Source: Terriglobia bacterium
GTDB lineage: Bacteria; Acidobacteriota; Terriglobia; 20CM-2-55-15
Direction of reading: 5' to 3'
Length of the DNA stretch: 64,000 nt
NCBI GenBank assembly: GCA_965218585.1
Contig: CBDCLE010000022.1
Span: forward strand, 125,526 to 189,525
Shown here: positions 10,477 through 20,835 of the stretch, piece after piece
Layout of the letters: each line of letters begins with the position of its first letter
Position numbering within the stretch: position 1 is the stretch's first letter
Made by a program: the position numbers and the translations under genes
The notes under the pieces: model-generated
What the model was told of the DNA's origin: nothing
The model's database searches: none
Seen by the model: the letters and a program-made list of their open reading frames with translations, nothing else

Positions 10477-12176
10477 ATGCGTCTATTCCTGATCGCCGCA
10501 CTGCCTATAGCCTTCATTCTTTACGGCCATGGCCTCGAGGCGCCTTTCTATCTGGACGACAATGGAGTCCTCGAAACTGCAAGAAACGGCGTCGGACTGA
10601 CGGCCACGCGACCGTTGGGATATTTCTCATTTTATTTGAGTGCTTTAACGGCAGATGCGTTCGCGCTTTTGTCGCCTTGGCTGGCCAGTTTTTACTACAG
10701 GTTGGGTAATCTGCTGGTTCACGTCCTGGCGTCGACGGTTCTATTCGGCCTGACGCGCGAATTAACGCGCAACGTTTCTGCCGCGTACGCTGCAGGACTT
10801 TTGTTCTTAGTCCACCCGATTGTCAGTCAGCCGGTCATGTACGTGACCCAGCGTTTTGAGTCGCTTGCGGCACTTTTCATGTTCTCTTCGGCGGCCGCTT
10901 ACGCCAGGTTCAGACGTACCGACGGGCGGCGATGGATTGCAGGCGCCGTAGTTCTCGGTGTCGCTGCAGGAATGACCAAAGAGGTCGCCGTGGTCTTGCC
11001 CGCGTGGATCCTGCTTATGGAGTTCACCTACTTCAGTAAGTTGAAGTGGGACAGGCGTTTCCTGTTTTTGATTCCCGTAGGTGCCCTCCTTGCCTGGCCG
11101 GCCTGGACTGCCTTTCGGGGGTCGGCGAATACGCTGACGTCAATGCCTCTGGGACAGTATTGGTTGACGCAGGGCCTGGTTCTGCTGAAGCACCTCCAAC
11201 TGGTTATCTACCCGGCCGAGCAATTCCTGTTCTACGACTTCCCGATGGCTACCGGATTGTCCTGGCCCCTGGTGGGTGCCTGGTCGGTCGTTTTATCGAT
11301 TCTGGCTACCGGATTTCTATCACTCAACCGACACCCGACCCTAGGATTCGGCATCCTGACGTTCTTTGTCCTGATGCTCCCTGTGACGCTGTTGCCGTTG
11401 CCGGATCTGTTCTTCGAACACCGGGTTTACGGGGCGTTCGGCGGATTTGCCATCGCACTAGGCTCTTTTGTATCGATTCGACGGCGAAGGTTGATTGTGG
11501 CGATCGGAGTGGTGATAGTAGTCGCTTTAGGGATTCGGACTTTCGAACGCACTGGCGAGTGGAATGACGAAGTAGCCTTTTTTGAAGCTCACAGGCTCCG
11601 CTTTCCAGACGAACCACGCGTCTTGGCCTCCCTTGCGGTCAGCTACTACAACACGGGCGACGTTGTCCGTGCCCAAGAAACGATGGGGCAAGCACGGCTT
11701 CACGAAGGTCGATTTAACGCGTATTACTCGAAGAGCGGTCGTGTCGATATAGCGGCGAACCTTATTTCGTTTGCGGCGACGAATGAAGACTACGAAGGAG
11801 CAGGAAGGGAAGTCAGCCGCTCGCTCTCCATCCATCCGAACCACGCATCCTGGTGACAGCAGGGATCTATTATTTGGATGTCGATCAGCCGGAAAACGCC
11901 TTGGCAGCCTTCCGGCAACTAACAGAATTGGAACCGTCGGGAATCTCGGGCTGGTCCGGTCTCCGAGAGGCGAACGCGAGACTTGGAAATACGGAAGCGG
12001 CCGAAGAAGCTCTCGTTCGGCTTTCAGCGCTCAGAGACGAACAGCTAGCCCGTTCGGATCAACGATGGCGCATATCAGACCAGCACGGGGCTGCGGTGAT
12101 TTTCATCATTCTTGCCGCCGGTCTTGGTTCGACTCTTGTCGCTCTGCGGTGGGTCTGGGTGTCGGTGAGACAGTGA
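10477..12176 (+). pseudogene. TMTC-like GT-C membrane glycosyltransferase/TPR protein, copy 1, frameshifted near 11845
   Basis: FYLDD, RPL, NLLVH, LFLVHP, KE, EHRVY motifs; ORFs 10477..11856 and 11853..12176 together align to intact copy 2. Confidence 0.7.
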
Positions 12177-12243
12177 GCCCAATGGAATACGGATTGCCAC
12201 AACGAGGAGGCGGCGTGAGGCGGTGGGTCGGAGGTGCAGCCTG

Positions 12244-13962
12244 ATGCGTCTCTTCTTGATTGCTGCACTCCCTATTGCCTTCATTCTCTACGGCCATGGT
12301 CTCGAAGCGCCTTTCTATCTCGACGACAACACAGTCCTGGAAACTGCAAGAAACGGGATCGGATTAACGGGCACTCGGCCGTTGGGATATTTCTCGTTTT
12401 ATTTGAGTGCATTAATGGCAGACGCGTTCGCGTTTTTGTCGCCTTGGCTGCCCAGCTTTTACTACAGGTTGGGTAATCTGCTGGTTCACGTCCTGGCGTC
12501 CACGGTTCTGTTCGGCCTGACGCGGGAATTGACGCGCAACGTTTCAGCCGCCTACACCGCGGGTTTTTTATTCTTAGTCCACCCGATCGTCAGTCAGCCG
12601 GTCATGTACGTGACCCAGCGATTCGAGTCGCTTGCGGCGCTTTTCATGTTTTCTTCGGCCGCCGCTTACGCCAGGTTCAGGAGTACCGGCGGGCGGCGAT
12701 GGATTGTGGGGGCCGTAGTCCTTGGTATCGCTGCGGGAATGACCAAGGAGATTGCGGTCGTCTTGCCCGCGTGGATCCTCCTCATGGAGTTCACCTGCTT
12801 CAGTAAGTTGAAGTGGGACAGGCGCTTCCTGTTTCTGATTCCCGTGGGGGCCCTCCTCGCCTGGCCGGCCTGGACAGCCTTTCGAGGCTCTGCGAATACG
12901 CTGACGTCCATACCCCTGGGGCAGTACTGGTCGACGCAAGGCCTGGTTCTGCTGAAACACCTCCAACTGGTTATCTATCCGGCCGAGCAATTCCTGTTCT
13001 ATGATTTCCCGATGGCTACCGGATTGTCCTGGCCGCTGGTGGGTGCCTGGTCGGTGGTTTTGTCGCTTCTGGCTACAGGATTTCTACTACTCAACCGATA
13101 TTCAACTATAGGGTTTGGCATCCTGACGTTCTTTGTCCTGTTGCTCCCTGTAACGCTGTTGCCGTTGCCGGATTTGTTCTTTGAACACAGGGTTTACGGT
13201 GCGTTCGGCGGACTCGCCATGGCGATCGGATCGCTGGTGGCCTTGCGCCCACGGCCCCTGGTCGCGGTCATGACCCTCGCTTTGATGGTCGGATTGGGCG
13301 TGCGGACGTTCGAGCGAAGTGCAGAATGGAACTCGGAAATAAGGTTCTTTGAGGCCCATAGAGAACGCTTTCCGAATCATCCCCACGCGCTGTCCTTTCT
13401 CGCGCTGCAATACGGAACGACCGGACAGATTCTGAGATCGATAGAAGTACTCGAACAGGCTCAACGAAACATTGGTCGTTTCAACGAGTACTATTCGGAG
13501 CCGGGCCGTCTTACGGTAGCACTCAATCTGGTGACCGCCCAGATCGCGATGGGTGACCTGGAGGCGGCCGGTGAAGCGCTGGAGCAGGTCCGGGACGTCG
13601 GTTCGGACGAGCCTGCGTTTCAACAGATGCAGGGCAACTGGTTTCTGGCCTCAGATGAGCCCGAGTTGGCTATCGAGGCCTTTCGGAGCCTGAACGAACT
13701 GGACCCGGAATCCCTCGCAGGATGGCGGGGACTCCAGATGGCCTATTTGCGACTCGAACGGCCGGACGAAGCTGCTCTGGCCGAAGATCGGTTGCAAGAG
13801 CGCCTGGATGTGCAGGACGCGCGTAATCAGGAGCGCTGGTTTATACCCGTGCGGTACGCGTCGCATGTAACGTTCGGAATTTTGTTGGTGGGGTTTGCTG
13901 TGACTTTTGTTTCATTGAAGTTCGTTTGGTCTGTTGCACGACAGGGATGGTCCGATGTCTGA
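12244..13962 (+). CDS. TMTC-like GT-C membrane glycosyltransferase/TPR protein, copy 2
   Basis: Same motifs, multiple TM helices, TPR-like repeats and a C-terminal TM helix. Confidence 0.75.
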   Translation: MRLFLIAALPIAFILYGHGLEAPFYLDDNTVLETARNGIGLTGTRPLGYFSFYLSALMADAFAFLSPWLPSFYYRLGNLLVHVLASTVLFGLTRELTRNVSAAYTAGFLFLVHPIVSQPVMYVTQRFESLAALFMFSSAAAYARFRSTGGRRWIVGAVVLGIAAGMTKEIAVVLPAWILLMEFTCFSKLKWDRRFLFLIPVGALLAWPAWTAFRGSANTLTSIPLGQYWSTQGLVLLKHLQLVIYPAEQFLFYDFPMATGLSWPLVGAWSVVLSLLATGFLLLNRYSTIGFGILTFFVLLLPVTLLPLPDLFFEHRVYGAFGGLAMAIGSLVALRPRPLVAVMTLALMVGLGVRTFERSAEWNSEIRFFEAHRERFPNHPHALSFLALQYGTTGQILRSIEVLEQAQRNIGRFNEYYSEPGRLTVALNLVTAQIAMGDLEAAGEALEQVRDVGSDEPAFQQMQGNWFLASDEPELAIEAFRSLNELDPESLAGWRGLQMAYLRLERPDEAALAEDRLQERLDVQDARNQERWFIPVRYASHVTFGILLVGFAVTFVSLKFVWSVARQGWSDV

Positions 13963-16900
13963 TCGAGCTGTAGTGCGTGCCTGGCAGCACGCGTTTCCGG
14001 CGGGTTAAAGTCCCGCTCGGCCCGAGGCCACGGGTCGATATCCAATAAGTGGGGGTAATGCCTCACTGGCCGAAGTGTAGGCGGGTATGCAAATGCCTAA
14101 ACGGGCACGAAGGCGAAAGCCGGATACGGCCAAGACAGAGCTGGATCCACCTACGGAAACTTTGGAGGGCAGGGCGCCCACCGCGAGGTGGGGTCTGAAG
14201 GGCATGAGGAGAACCACCGGGTCGTAATCGACGGGAGCGATCCCGAGGATGAACCGGTCGGCCAAAGATGGGGAATGGTCGAGCCCGCACTATGGGGGCG
14301 AAGGCACATTGGTTCCCCCCCATCGCACCAAGGTGTGTGCGGGCGACACGGTGGAGAAGAGACACGAGTGACCCAGGGAGGCCTGGTATTGTCCGGGCGG
14401 AAGGTAAGGTCGAGATGGTGTGGCACCCGCAGACGAAAGGGCGGGCAACGGAGAAGACAAACATCGACCTAGAGCCCCGCAAGGTAGGTGCGGATATAAG
14501 CGAGAGCGAAGTTCCGGCCGACGCGGTGCCAGGAATCGGATCAGGGAATAGTACTCAGGAACGAGACACCGAACATAAGATCTCGGATCGTTGCTTCAAG
14601 CAGCGGCGCTGGCGGGTTCAAAAGGCCCGTTGGAGGGGGAAGTCCCTGTACTCAGTTGTGATTGTGCGAGCGAGGGAAAGGCGGAGGTATCGTGACCTTG
14701 GACAGTTCCCTTAGTGAAAGACCCAAACGCGATTCGGACGAAGCCGCCGCCCGTCACCACACAGCGACATTGGAAAGCAAACAGGGAAAGAAGCGAAAGG
14801 TCCACTCGCTGATCGACAAGGTGTTTAGTCGCAAGAATCTGGAGTTGGCCTGGGAGAAGGTGAAGCGGAACCGAGGTAGTGCGGGCATCGACAAGGTGAC
14901 CGTTGAGCAGTTTGAAACGCGCAAGGAGGAATATCTGGCCTTGTTGCATGGGAGTAACGTAAAAGTTGTGTTTCGTGATTTCCAGTTGAGAGAGAATGAT
15001 AGATTCGTCGTCCGGGCTGTGGGAACTGTGCGGACGCCGGAGGTGTTCCAAGGGCCTGTGGAAATCATCAAGAAGAAGCCGCCGAAGGCGACCGATTCCC
15101 CCGATTTCCATAGGCCCGGCAGTTTCCACAGCCCCCGTCGCCCGCTGAAATTGAAGCGGGCTCCAGTTCACGCTGGAGCCCTAGACCTGAGTCATCAGTT
15201 ATTCAGTTATGGAGTTGAACCCAATGTCTACAGATCCGAATGAAAGCGTACCATCAGAACAGATTTCTGAATCCACAAAAACACAGATCCAGACCCTGCT
15301 GGCCTCCGGGCTGGCCGATCTGAGCCTGCGCGAGGTACTGGGGACCCTGTTGTCGGGCCTCAGTGTGGCCGAACGGGACCTGCATCTTGAACACCGCCCC
15401 GACGACCGTCCCAATGGTTTTTACGATCGCTCCCTCCAAGTGGGCAGCGTTCCGATCGATATCCGTGTCCCTCGAACCCGTAACGGGGATTTCCGTCCCG
15501 CGAACCTACCATCCCCGTATCAGCGCGGCTACCCTGAAGAAGTCGAGTCCATCTTGCTGGGACTGCTGGCCTCATCCCGTTCGGTCAATGCGGCCCGGGA
15601 GGCGCTTCAGAAGATGGGCCTGTCCGGGTCCCAACAGGATCTGGAACGGGTGGCGTCGGGCCTGATCGAAGAACTCGATCTTGGCAACAGCCGGCCACTG
15701 GACACGGATCTGCTGGCCCTATTCGTGGATGGCAAGTACGTCGAACTCCGCGACGGCGACCGGCTGCGTCCGGCCTGTATCTACCTGGTGGTGGGTCTAG
15801 GCCGCGACGGCAAGAAGCGTGTCCTGGCCTGCATTGCCAAACCCGGCCGCGAGAATCTCGAAGACTGGAAGGGGGTTCTCCGCTCTCTGATCGAGCGCGG
15901 TCTCCGACGCGTCATGATCTTCGTCCAGGACGATTTCTCCGGCCTTCTCAAGGTCAGCGAAGGCTTCTTTCCCAATGCTGATATCCAGCTCTGTACCGTC
16001 CACATGCAGCGCAATGCTAAGAGCCATCTCTCCAAATCCGACGCCGCCGAGTTTCAGCAACGCTTCCGTGCCATCAAGTCCTCCTGGTGTGAGGATGTCG
16101 GCAACCAAGGGTTCGAGGAACTCTGTGACCGCTTCGCCCAGCACTATCCCTCCTGGATCGCGGGGCTCCGCAAGAAACGGACTCACTATCTCGCCTTCCT
16201 CAAGTATCCCGACCTCATGCGCAAATCGTTTTCCACCACCAACCTCGTCGAGGCCGTCAACGGACAACTGGAAATTATGCGCCGCAATTCGGGCGGCTAC
16301 TTTCACTCCGAAGACACCCTCAAGTTCAAACTCGGCTTGGCCGTCTCTCACCTCCACAACGGCCGTTGGAAATCTCCGGCCACTTCCATCCATTCCGCTC
16401 TTCATCAGCTCAACGCCATGTTCCAATCCCGCTTTGAGGAGGACTTATGATCCCCTCCTCAAACACAACTTTCTTGACAAGAGCCTGTTGCATCAAAGAC
16501 TGCGAGATGGCAGTTATCGCCCCAAGCCGGTTAAGCGAGTCGAGATCGGGAAGTCCGACGGAGGAGTGCGAAAGCTGGGGATACCGGCCGTGATGGATCG
16601 GGTATGTCAGCAGGCACTGGTCCAGCGGATGGAACCGATCTTCGAGCCGCTGTTTCTGGACTGCTCATTCGGGTATCGCAAGGGGCGTTCGCCTCACGAT
16701 GCGATGCGGAAAGTATGGGTAGAGCTGGGCGAGGGAGACCTATGGGTAGTTGATGCCGACTTGCGGCAGTTCTTCGACACGATTGACCAGGAGAAGCTCC
16801 TCGACTTAATTGCCGAAGAGATCAGCGACGGCCGAGTACTGGGACTGATCCGGGTCATCCTGGGTTCGGGGGTGTTGGACGGAGGTTGCTGGCAACCCAC

Positions 16901-18444
16901 GCGGACGGGAGTTCCCCAAGGGGGAGTGGCCAGTCCGTTGTGGTCAAACATCTTTCTGACGCCGTTTGACCGTGAGATGACCCGACAAGGTTACAGACTC
17001 ACACGCTGGGCGGACGACTTCGTGGTGGTCTGCAGGACACCGTCGGAAGCCCGGCAGGCACTCGCATGTGCAGAGCGGTTTCTCTGGGAGGCACTTGGAG
17101 TTCGGCTCCATCCGAAGAAGACGCGGATTGTACACGTCCGACAGGGCTTCGAGTTCTTGGGGTACAAGGTGAAGCAAGGGAAAGGCCTGCGCCTGTCCGA
17201 TACACAGAGGCAGGGTCGCGGAATGCATCCCTATAACCTGTACGCCATTCCACGGGAAAAGTCGGTGGAGAGGTTCCGGACGCAAATCCGACACCTCTCG
17301 CGCCGAAAGGCTCCCCTCACGCTGGGCGAAGTCATCGACCAGCTCAACCCAGTGATTCGTGGTTGGGGGAACTACTACCGCAAAGCGCGGGTGCGCCGAC
17401 TCTTTAACCAGTTGGACCGTTGGATCGAGCGCCGTATCCACTCGTTTCTCGCGAAACGGTGGCGCAATACGATGTGGCGCCGCTATCCGGCACGACGACT
17501 GATTCGGGAGTTTGGTTTGGTCCGACTGACGCATCTGATCCCCGGTCTTGTGGACCGGTGACTTCGAGCGAGGAGCAACTGAGGAAAGCGGCTTGCGGGA
17601 AAACTGCACGAGCCGTTTGATTGAGCGGACGGTGGAAGGGCGGCTCTGCCCGACCACTTTCGACTCTACACTGGTTCTGAACAGGGAAAAAATCCTGGTG
17701 GATCTGCTCGTGCGTTCTCTGGAAGGCGACGATCTCGCGATGTTCGGGGCCGCTTCCTCTGTCGAGGCCACGCGTTTGTTCGAGCAACATCGGCCGGATC
17801 TGGTTATCGTTGATCCCGCGGTTCCTGAAGGGTTCGAGTTCATGGATCAGGTCCGGACCGGATTAAAGCCGGCCCGGATTGTGGCGCTTGTCGATACCGA
17901 TGAGATCCGTGAACGTGTAGCCGAAGCGGGAGTGGAGCGAACCGTAGAACAATCGGCCGGCCTGGACGGACTGGTAGATGCGATACGGTCTTCCCTCAGT
18001 GGCGGTGTGGCTGTTCAACTCGGCGGGGACAGCACACGGATTCTCGTCGTCGATGACGAGGAGGGAATGAGGACGACATTGGTCGATTACCTGGGTAGCT
18101 GCGGGTATGCTGCGTTTGGTGCGAGGGACGGCAGAGAGGGAGTCGAGTTTGTCATCGAAGATCCTTCGGTGCGTCTTGTGTTATTGGATGTAAGCATGCC
18201 TCGCATGGGTGGCATTGAGGCGTTGCGACAGATCATGATGCTACCGACCCACCCGGACGTGATCATGATGACGGCTGTGACAGACAGAGAAATCGCCAAG
18301 CAGACTCTGAATGCAGGAGCCTTCGACTACGTCTTAAAGCCCTTTGATCTTGACTCCATGGAATCCTCGATCGTCGCTTGTCTCAGCTACTCCGACTATC
18401 ACAAGCGGCCCTGGTGGAAGCGTCTTGTCCGCCGAAGCGCCTGA
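13955..18444 (+). CDS. Tandem-receiver response regulator interrupted by group II intron (exons 13955..13972 and 17671..18444)
   Basis: Joined exons read MSDRAV|LVLNREKILVDLL...; second REC domain ILVVDDE, LLDVSMP, KPF. Confidence 0.8.
14950..16485 (+). mobile_element. IS256-family element A, copy 1 (1536 bp)
   Basis: 8-bp TSD TGTTGCAT (14942-14949, 16486-16493); imperfect IRs sharing AAAGTTGTGTTT. Confidence 0.93.
15209..16450 (+). CDS. IS256-family (Mutator-type) transposase
   Basis: NGFYDR, VPRTR.GDF, VDG, QLCTVH, TTNLVEAVN. Confidence 0.93.
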   Translation: MELNPMSTDPNESVPSEQISESTKTQIQTLLASGLADLSLREVLGTLLSGLSVAERDLHLEHRPDDRPNGFYDRSLQVGSVPIDIRVPRTRNGDFRPANLPSPYQRGYPEEVESILLGLLASSRSVNAAREALQKMGLSGSQQDLERVASGLIEELDLGNSRPLDTDLLALFVDGKYVELRDGDRLRPACIYLVVGLGRDGKKRVLACIAKPGRENLEDWKGVLRSLIERGLRRVMIFVQDDFSGLLKVSEGFFPNADIQLCTVHMQRNAKSHLSKSDAAEFQQRFRAIKSSWCEDVGNQGFEELCDRFAQHYPSWIAGLRKKRTHYLAFLKYPDLMRKSFSTTNLVEAVNGQLEIMRRNSGGYFHSEDTLKFKLGLAVSHLHNGRWKSPATSIHSALHQLNAMFQSRFEEDL

Positions 18445-18528
18445 GTCACTGTCCTCTTGTTTCCCTTTCGACGCCTCCAACCCTAATTAATTCAGCCGTT
18501 TCACCCGAATCCGCGCTAAATTATCCGG

Positions 18529-19836
18529 ATGAGCAAGAGTATTCGAGTAGGAATTCTCGGTCTGGGCACCGTCGGGACGGGTGTTGTCCGGATTCTGGAA
18601 GGAAATGCGTCTCTGATTGAGCGGCGGATCGGGTCGCCCCTCGAGGTGAAGCGCGTGGCCGTTCAGGACCTCGGCAAAGAGCGGGGTTTGACTCTTCCGG
18701 ACGGCGTCTTGACCGCCGACCCCTTCGAAGTTGTGCGTGACCCGGATGTGGATATTGTCGTGGAACTCATCGGCGGTGAAGAGCTGGCGCGGGAGTTGGC
18801 GCTGGCGGCCCTCGCAGGGGGAAAGCACCTGGTGACGGCCAACAAAGCGTTGCTGGCTGAACACGGTGAGGAAATCAGGAGGGCAGCGCGAGAGGCCGGA
18901 GTCAACCTGGGATTTGAAGCCAGCGTCGCCGGAGGAATACCGGTCATCAAGACGATCCGCGAAGCACTCGCCGCCAACCGTGTGTTGTCCATCTACGGCA
19001 TCATCAACGGGACCTCGAATTACATCCTCACGACGATGCGGGAAGAGGAAGGATCGTTCGATGAGGTTCTCGCGGAAGCTCAGAGACTCGGCTATGCGGA
19101 AGCCGATCCGACGTTTGACGTCGGTGGCGTCGATGCAGCCCACAAGCTCGCGATTCTCGTCAATCTGGCTTTCGGTGTCTCTGCAAAACTCAGCGACATC
19201 TACACCGAGGGTATTACCCGAATCAGTCCCATCGATATCGATTTCGGCCGGGAGTTTGGCTACACCTTGAAGTTGCTCGCGATTGCCAAGGCGACCGATG
19301 AGGGGATCGAAGCTCGTGTCCATCCGACGATGGTTCCAGACGCGCATCCGATCGCCCAGGTCGGAGGCGTATATAACGCCATCGAAATTGTTGGTGACGC
19401 TGTGGGTGACCTGATGCTCTACGGGAAAGGCGCGGGAGGAACGCCGACCGCTAGTGCAGTGGTCAGTGACATTATGGATATTTCCCGCGAGATGGGACCT
19501 TCCGAAGCGGCACCCTCGCCCTCCCTGTTGCCGCCTGATGGGAGTGAAGGGAGTATCAAGTCCATCGAGTCCATTTCCAGCCTCTATTACCTGCGCTTCA
19601 TGGTCGACGATCAGCCGGGCGTCCTCTCGGATATCTCCGGAATTCTCGGCCGCCACAACATCAGTATCGAGTCGGTTATCCAGAAAGGGCGTGAGACCCG
19701 CGGTCCGGTTCCACTGGTCGTGATGACACACATGGCTCTCGAACGTGATGTTCAGGACGCGCTCTCTGAAATCGACGAACTCTCGTGTGTTTCGGAAAAA
19801 GCCGTTCTGATCCGGGTCGAGGCCGAGAAGAATTAA
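18529..19836 (+). CDS. hom: Homoserine dehydrogenase with ACT domain
   Basis: GLGTVG, VTANK, FEASVAGGIP, GIINGT, GYAEADP, GKGAG..PTASAV. Confidence 0.97.
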   Translation: MSKSIRVGILGLGTVGTGVVRILEGNASLIERRIGSPLEVKRVAVQDLGKERGLTLPDGVLTADPFEVVRDPDVDIVVELIGGEELARELALAALAGGKHLVTANKALLAEHGEEIRRAAREAGVNLGFEASVAGGIPVIKTIREALAANRVLSIYGIINGTSNYILTTMREEEGSFDEVLAEAQRLGYAEADPTFDVGGVDAAHKLAILVNLAFGVSAKLSDIYTEGITRISPIDIDFGREFGYTLKLLAIAKATDEGIEARVHPTMVPDAHPIAQVGGVYNAIEIVGDAVGDLMLYGKGAGGTPTASAVVSDIMDISREMGPSEAAPSPSLLPPDGSEGSIKSIESISSLYYLRFMVDDQPGVLSDISGILGRHNISIESVIQKGRETRGPVPLVVMTHMALERDVQDALSEIDELSCVSEKAVLIRVEAEKN

Positions 19837-19840
19837 ATTA

Positions 19841-19924
19841 ATTGGGGTCAGAGCCCTATTTCCCCAATTCCACGCTACATTTATTTCCGTTGAGAAATAG
19901 GGGAAATAGGGCTCTGACCCCAAT
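19841..19924. repeat. 25-bp perfect inverted repeat (REP-like element)
   Basis: ATTGGGGTCAGAGCCCTATTTCCCC (19841-19865) and its reverse complement (19900-19924). Confidence 0.85.
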
Positions 19925-19959
19925 AAAAAAAGAGGCCTGGGATTGTCTCCCAGGCCTTT
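19925..19959 (-). terminator. Rho-independent terminator of the pilin gene
   Basis: AGGCCTGGGA-TTGTC-TCCCAGGCCT stem with adjacent A run (U tail on minus strand). Confidence 0.75.
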
Positions 19960-19989
19960 AATGAGCTTGTTTGTATTGTTAAAGAAGGA

Positions 19990-20775
19990 TTACTTGATTC
20001 TGAAAACGATGTCGTCGCCCAGTACGGTGAAGGCGTCGCCGTCCTGTGCGTCAGAAGTCTCGAGTGACCGGTTGGGTCCTGCCGAAATAACCATGACGGC
20101 GATGTCGGGCAGTCCAGTGAGCCCCAGATCCTGAAAGTGTTTGACGTGCAGTTTGCGGACGTTGATCATATATTTGTTGCCCCAGGGGTCGGTGCTCGAA
20201 AGGGTAGCGACATAAGGTCCGGACCAGCCACGTTGGGGGTCGCCGGCAATCGAGCCTCTCACCGGATAGAATTCGCTACCCGTGAAATTAAGCCCTCCAT
20301 CGGAAGTCACCCTGGCAATGTCGTTCGTTACGAGTTGCCCTTCGATGCTGTCATCGGCCGTACCGATCTGATGGCCAAATCTGTTAGCGCTGTTTGCGTA
20401 GTTTGTGCCAGTCGGGATGGTTTCCCACGAAGAGCTGATTGACGTATCGATCGTAGGATACGTTCCGTTCTCTGAGACAAGGTTGTCGAAGAAAACGTCG
20501 CTTGGGCCCGTGTTGTTACCTGCCTGGAACAACGGGAAAAACGAGTTGTCCTTATAGAAGGTAATAACTCCCTGACCAATCACTGAAACGTCGGCGATGG
20601 CCGCCTGGATCTTGGAGTCGTTGATCGCGTCGATGGCGCTACCGACAGCAACGCCGGCCAGCACAGCGCCAACGGCCATGGTAGCCGTCGCTTCGATCAA
20701 CGACGTTGCGACGCCTCGTGTCCCTCTGAGCAGCTTCTTGATCGTTCGCATGATATGTGTTTTCGCGGCTTCCAT
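19990..20775 (-). CDS. GspG-like type IV pilin (candidate major pilin)
   Basis: Basic leader KKLLRGTRGVA|TSLIE, hydrophobic helix, WSGPY, DPWGN, SAGPN; AAGGAG RBS; own terminator. Confidence 0.78.
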   Translation of the reverse strand: MEAAKTHIMRTIKKLLRGTRGVATSLIEATATMAVGAVLAGVAVGSAIDAINDSKIQAAIADVSVIGQGVITFYKDNSFFPLFQAGNNTGPSDVFFDNLVSENGTYPTIDTSISSSWETIPTGTNYANSANRFGHQIGTADDSIEGQLVTNDIARVTSDGGLNFTGSEFYPVRGSIAGDPQRGWSGPYVATLSSTDPWGNKYMINVRKLHVKHFQDLGLTGLPDIAVMVISAGPNRSLETSDAQDGDAFTVLGDDIVFRIK

Positions 20776-20817
20776 GACTCAGCTCCTTCTGCTGATTCTG
20801 TTCAGTAAGCCATCATA

Positions 20818-20835
20818 AGGCACGCCGCGTGCCAG
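20818..20835 (-). promoter_or_regulatory. Putative sigma-54 (-24/-12) promoter
   Basis: CTGGCACGCGGCGTGC (GG-N10-GC) about 45 bp upstream of the pilin ATG. Confidence 0.6.

Larger units (their letters stand above)
14692..17561 (+). pseudogene. ltrA: Group II intron reverse transcriptase/maturase (WADD, no endonuclease domain) split by IS256-A
   Basis: AWEKVKRNRGSAGID, RKLGIP..DRVCQ, PQGG..SP, RWADD, LNPVIRGWGNYY; GGAGGT RBS before GTG 14692. Confidence 0.9.
13973..17670 (+). mobile_element. Group II intron, copy 1 (contains IS256-A)
   Basis: 5' GTGCG; domain V AAGCGGCTTGCGGGAAAACTGCACGAGCCGTTT; domain VI with bulged A ending CGACTCTAC(A); boundaries defined by near-identity with copy 2. Confidence 0.92.

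Noticed and set aside
15975-17561. 528-aa ORF as a novel RT fusion protein
   Set aside because: N-terminal part is an alternate frame of the IS256-A transposase that happens to join the RT remainder after the TSD
18487-19923. 478-aa antisense ORF
   Set aside because: Shadow of hom on the opposite strand, no motifs; likewise 44227..45528, 46555..47529 and 41430..42485
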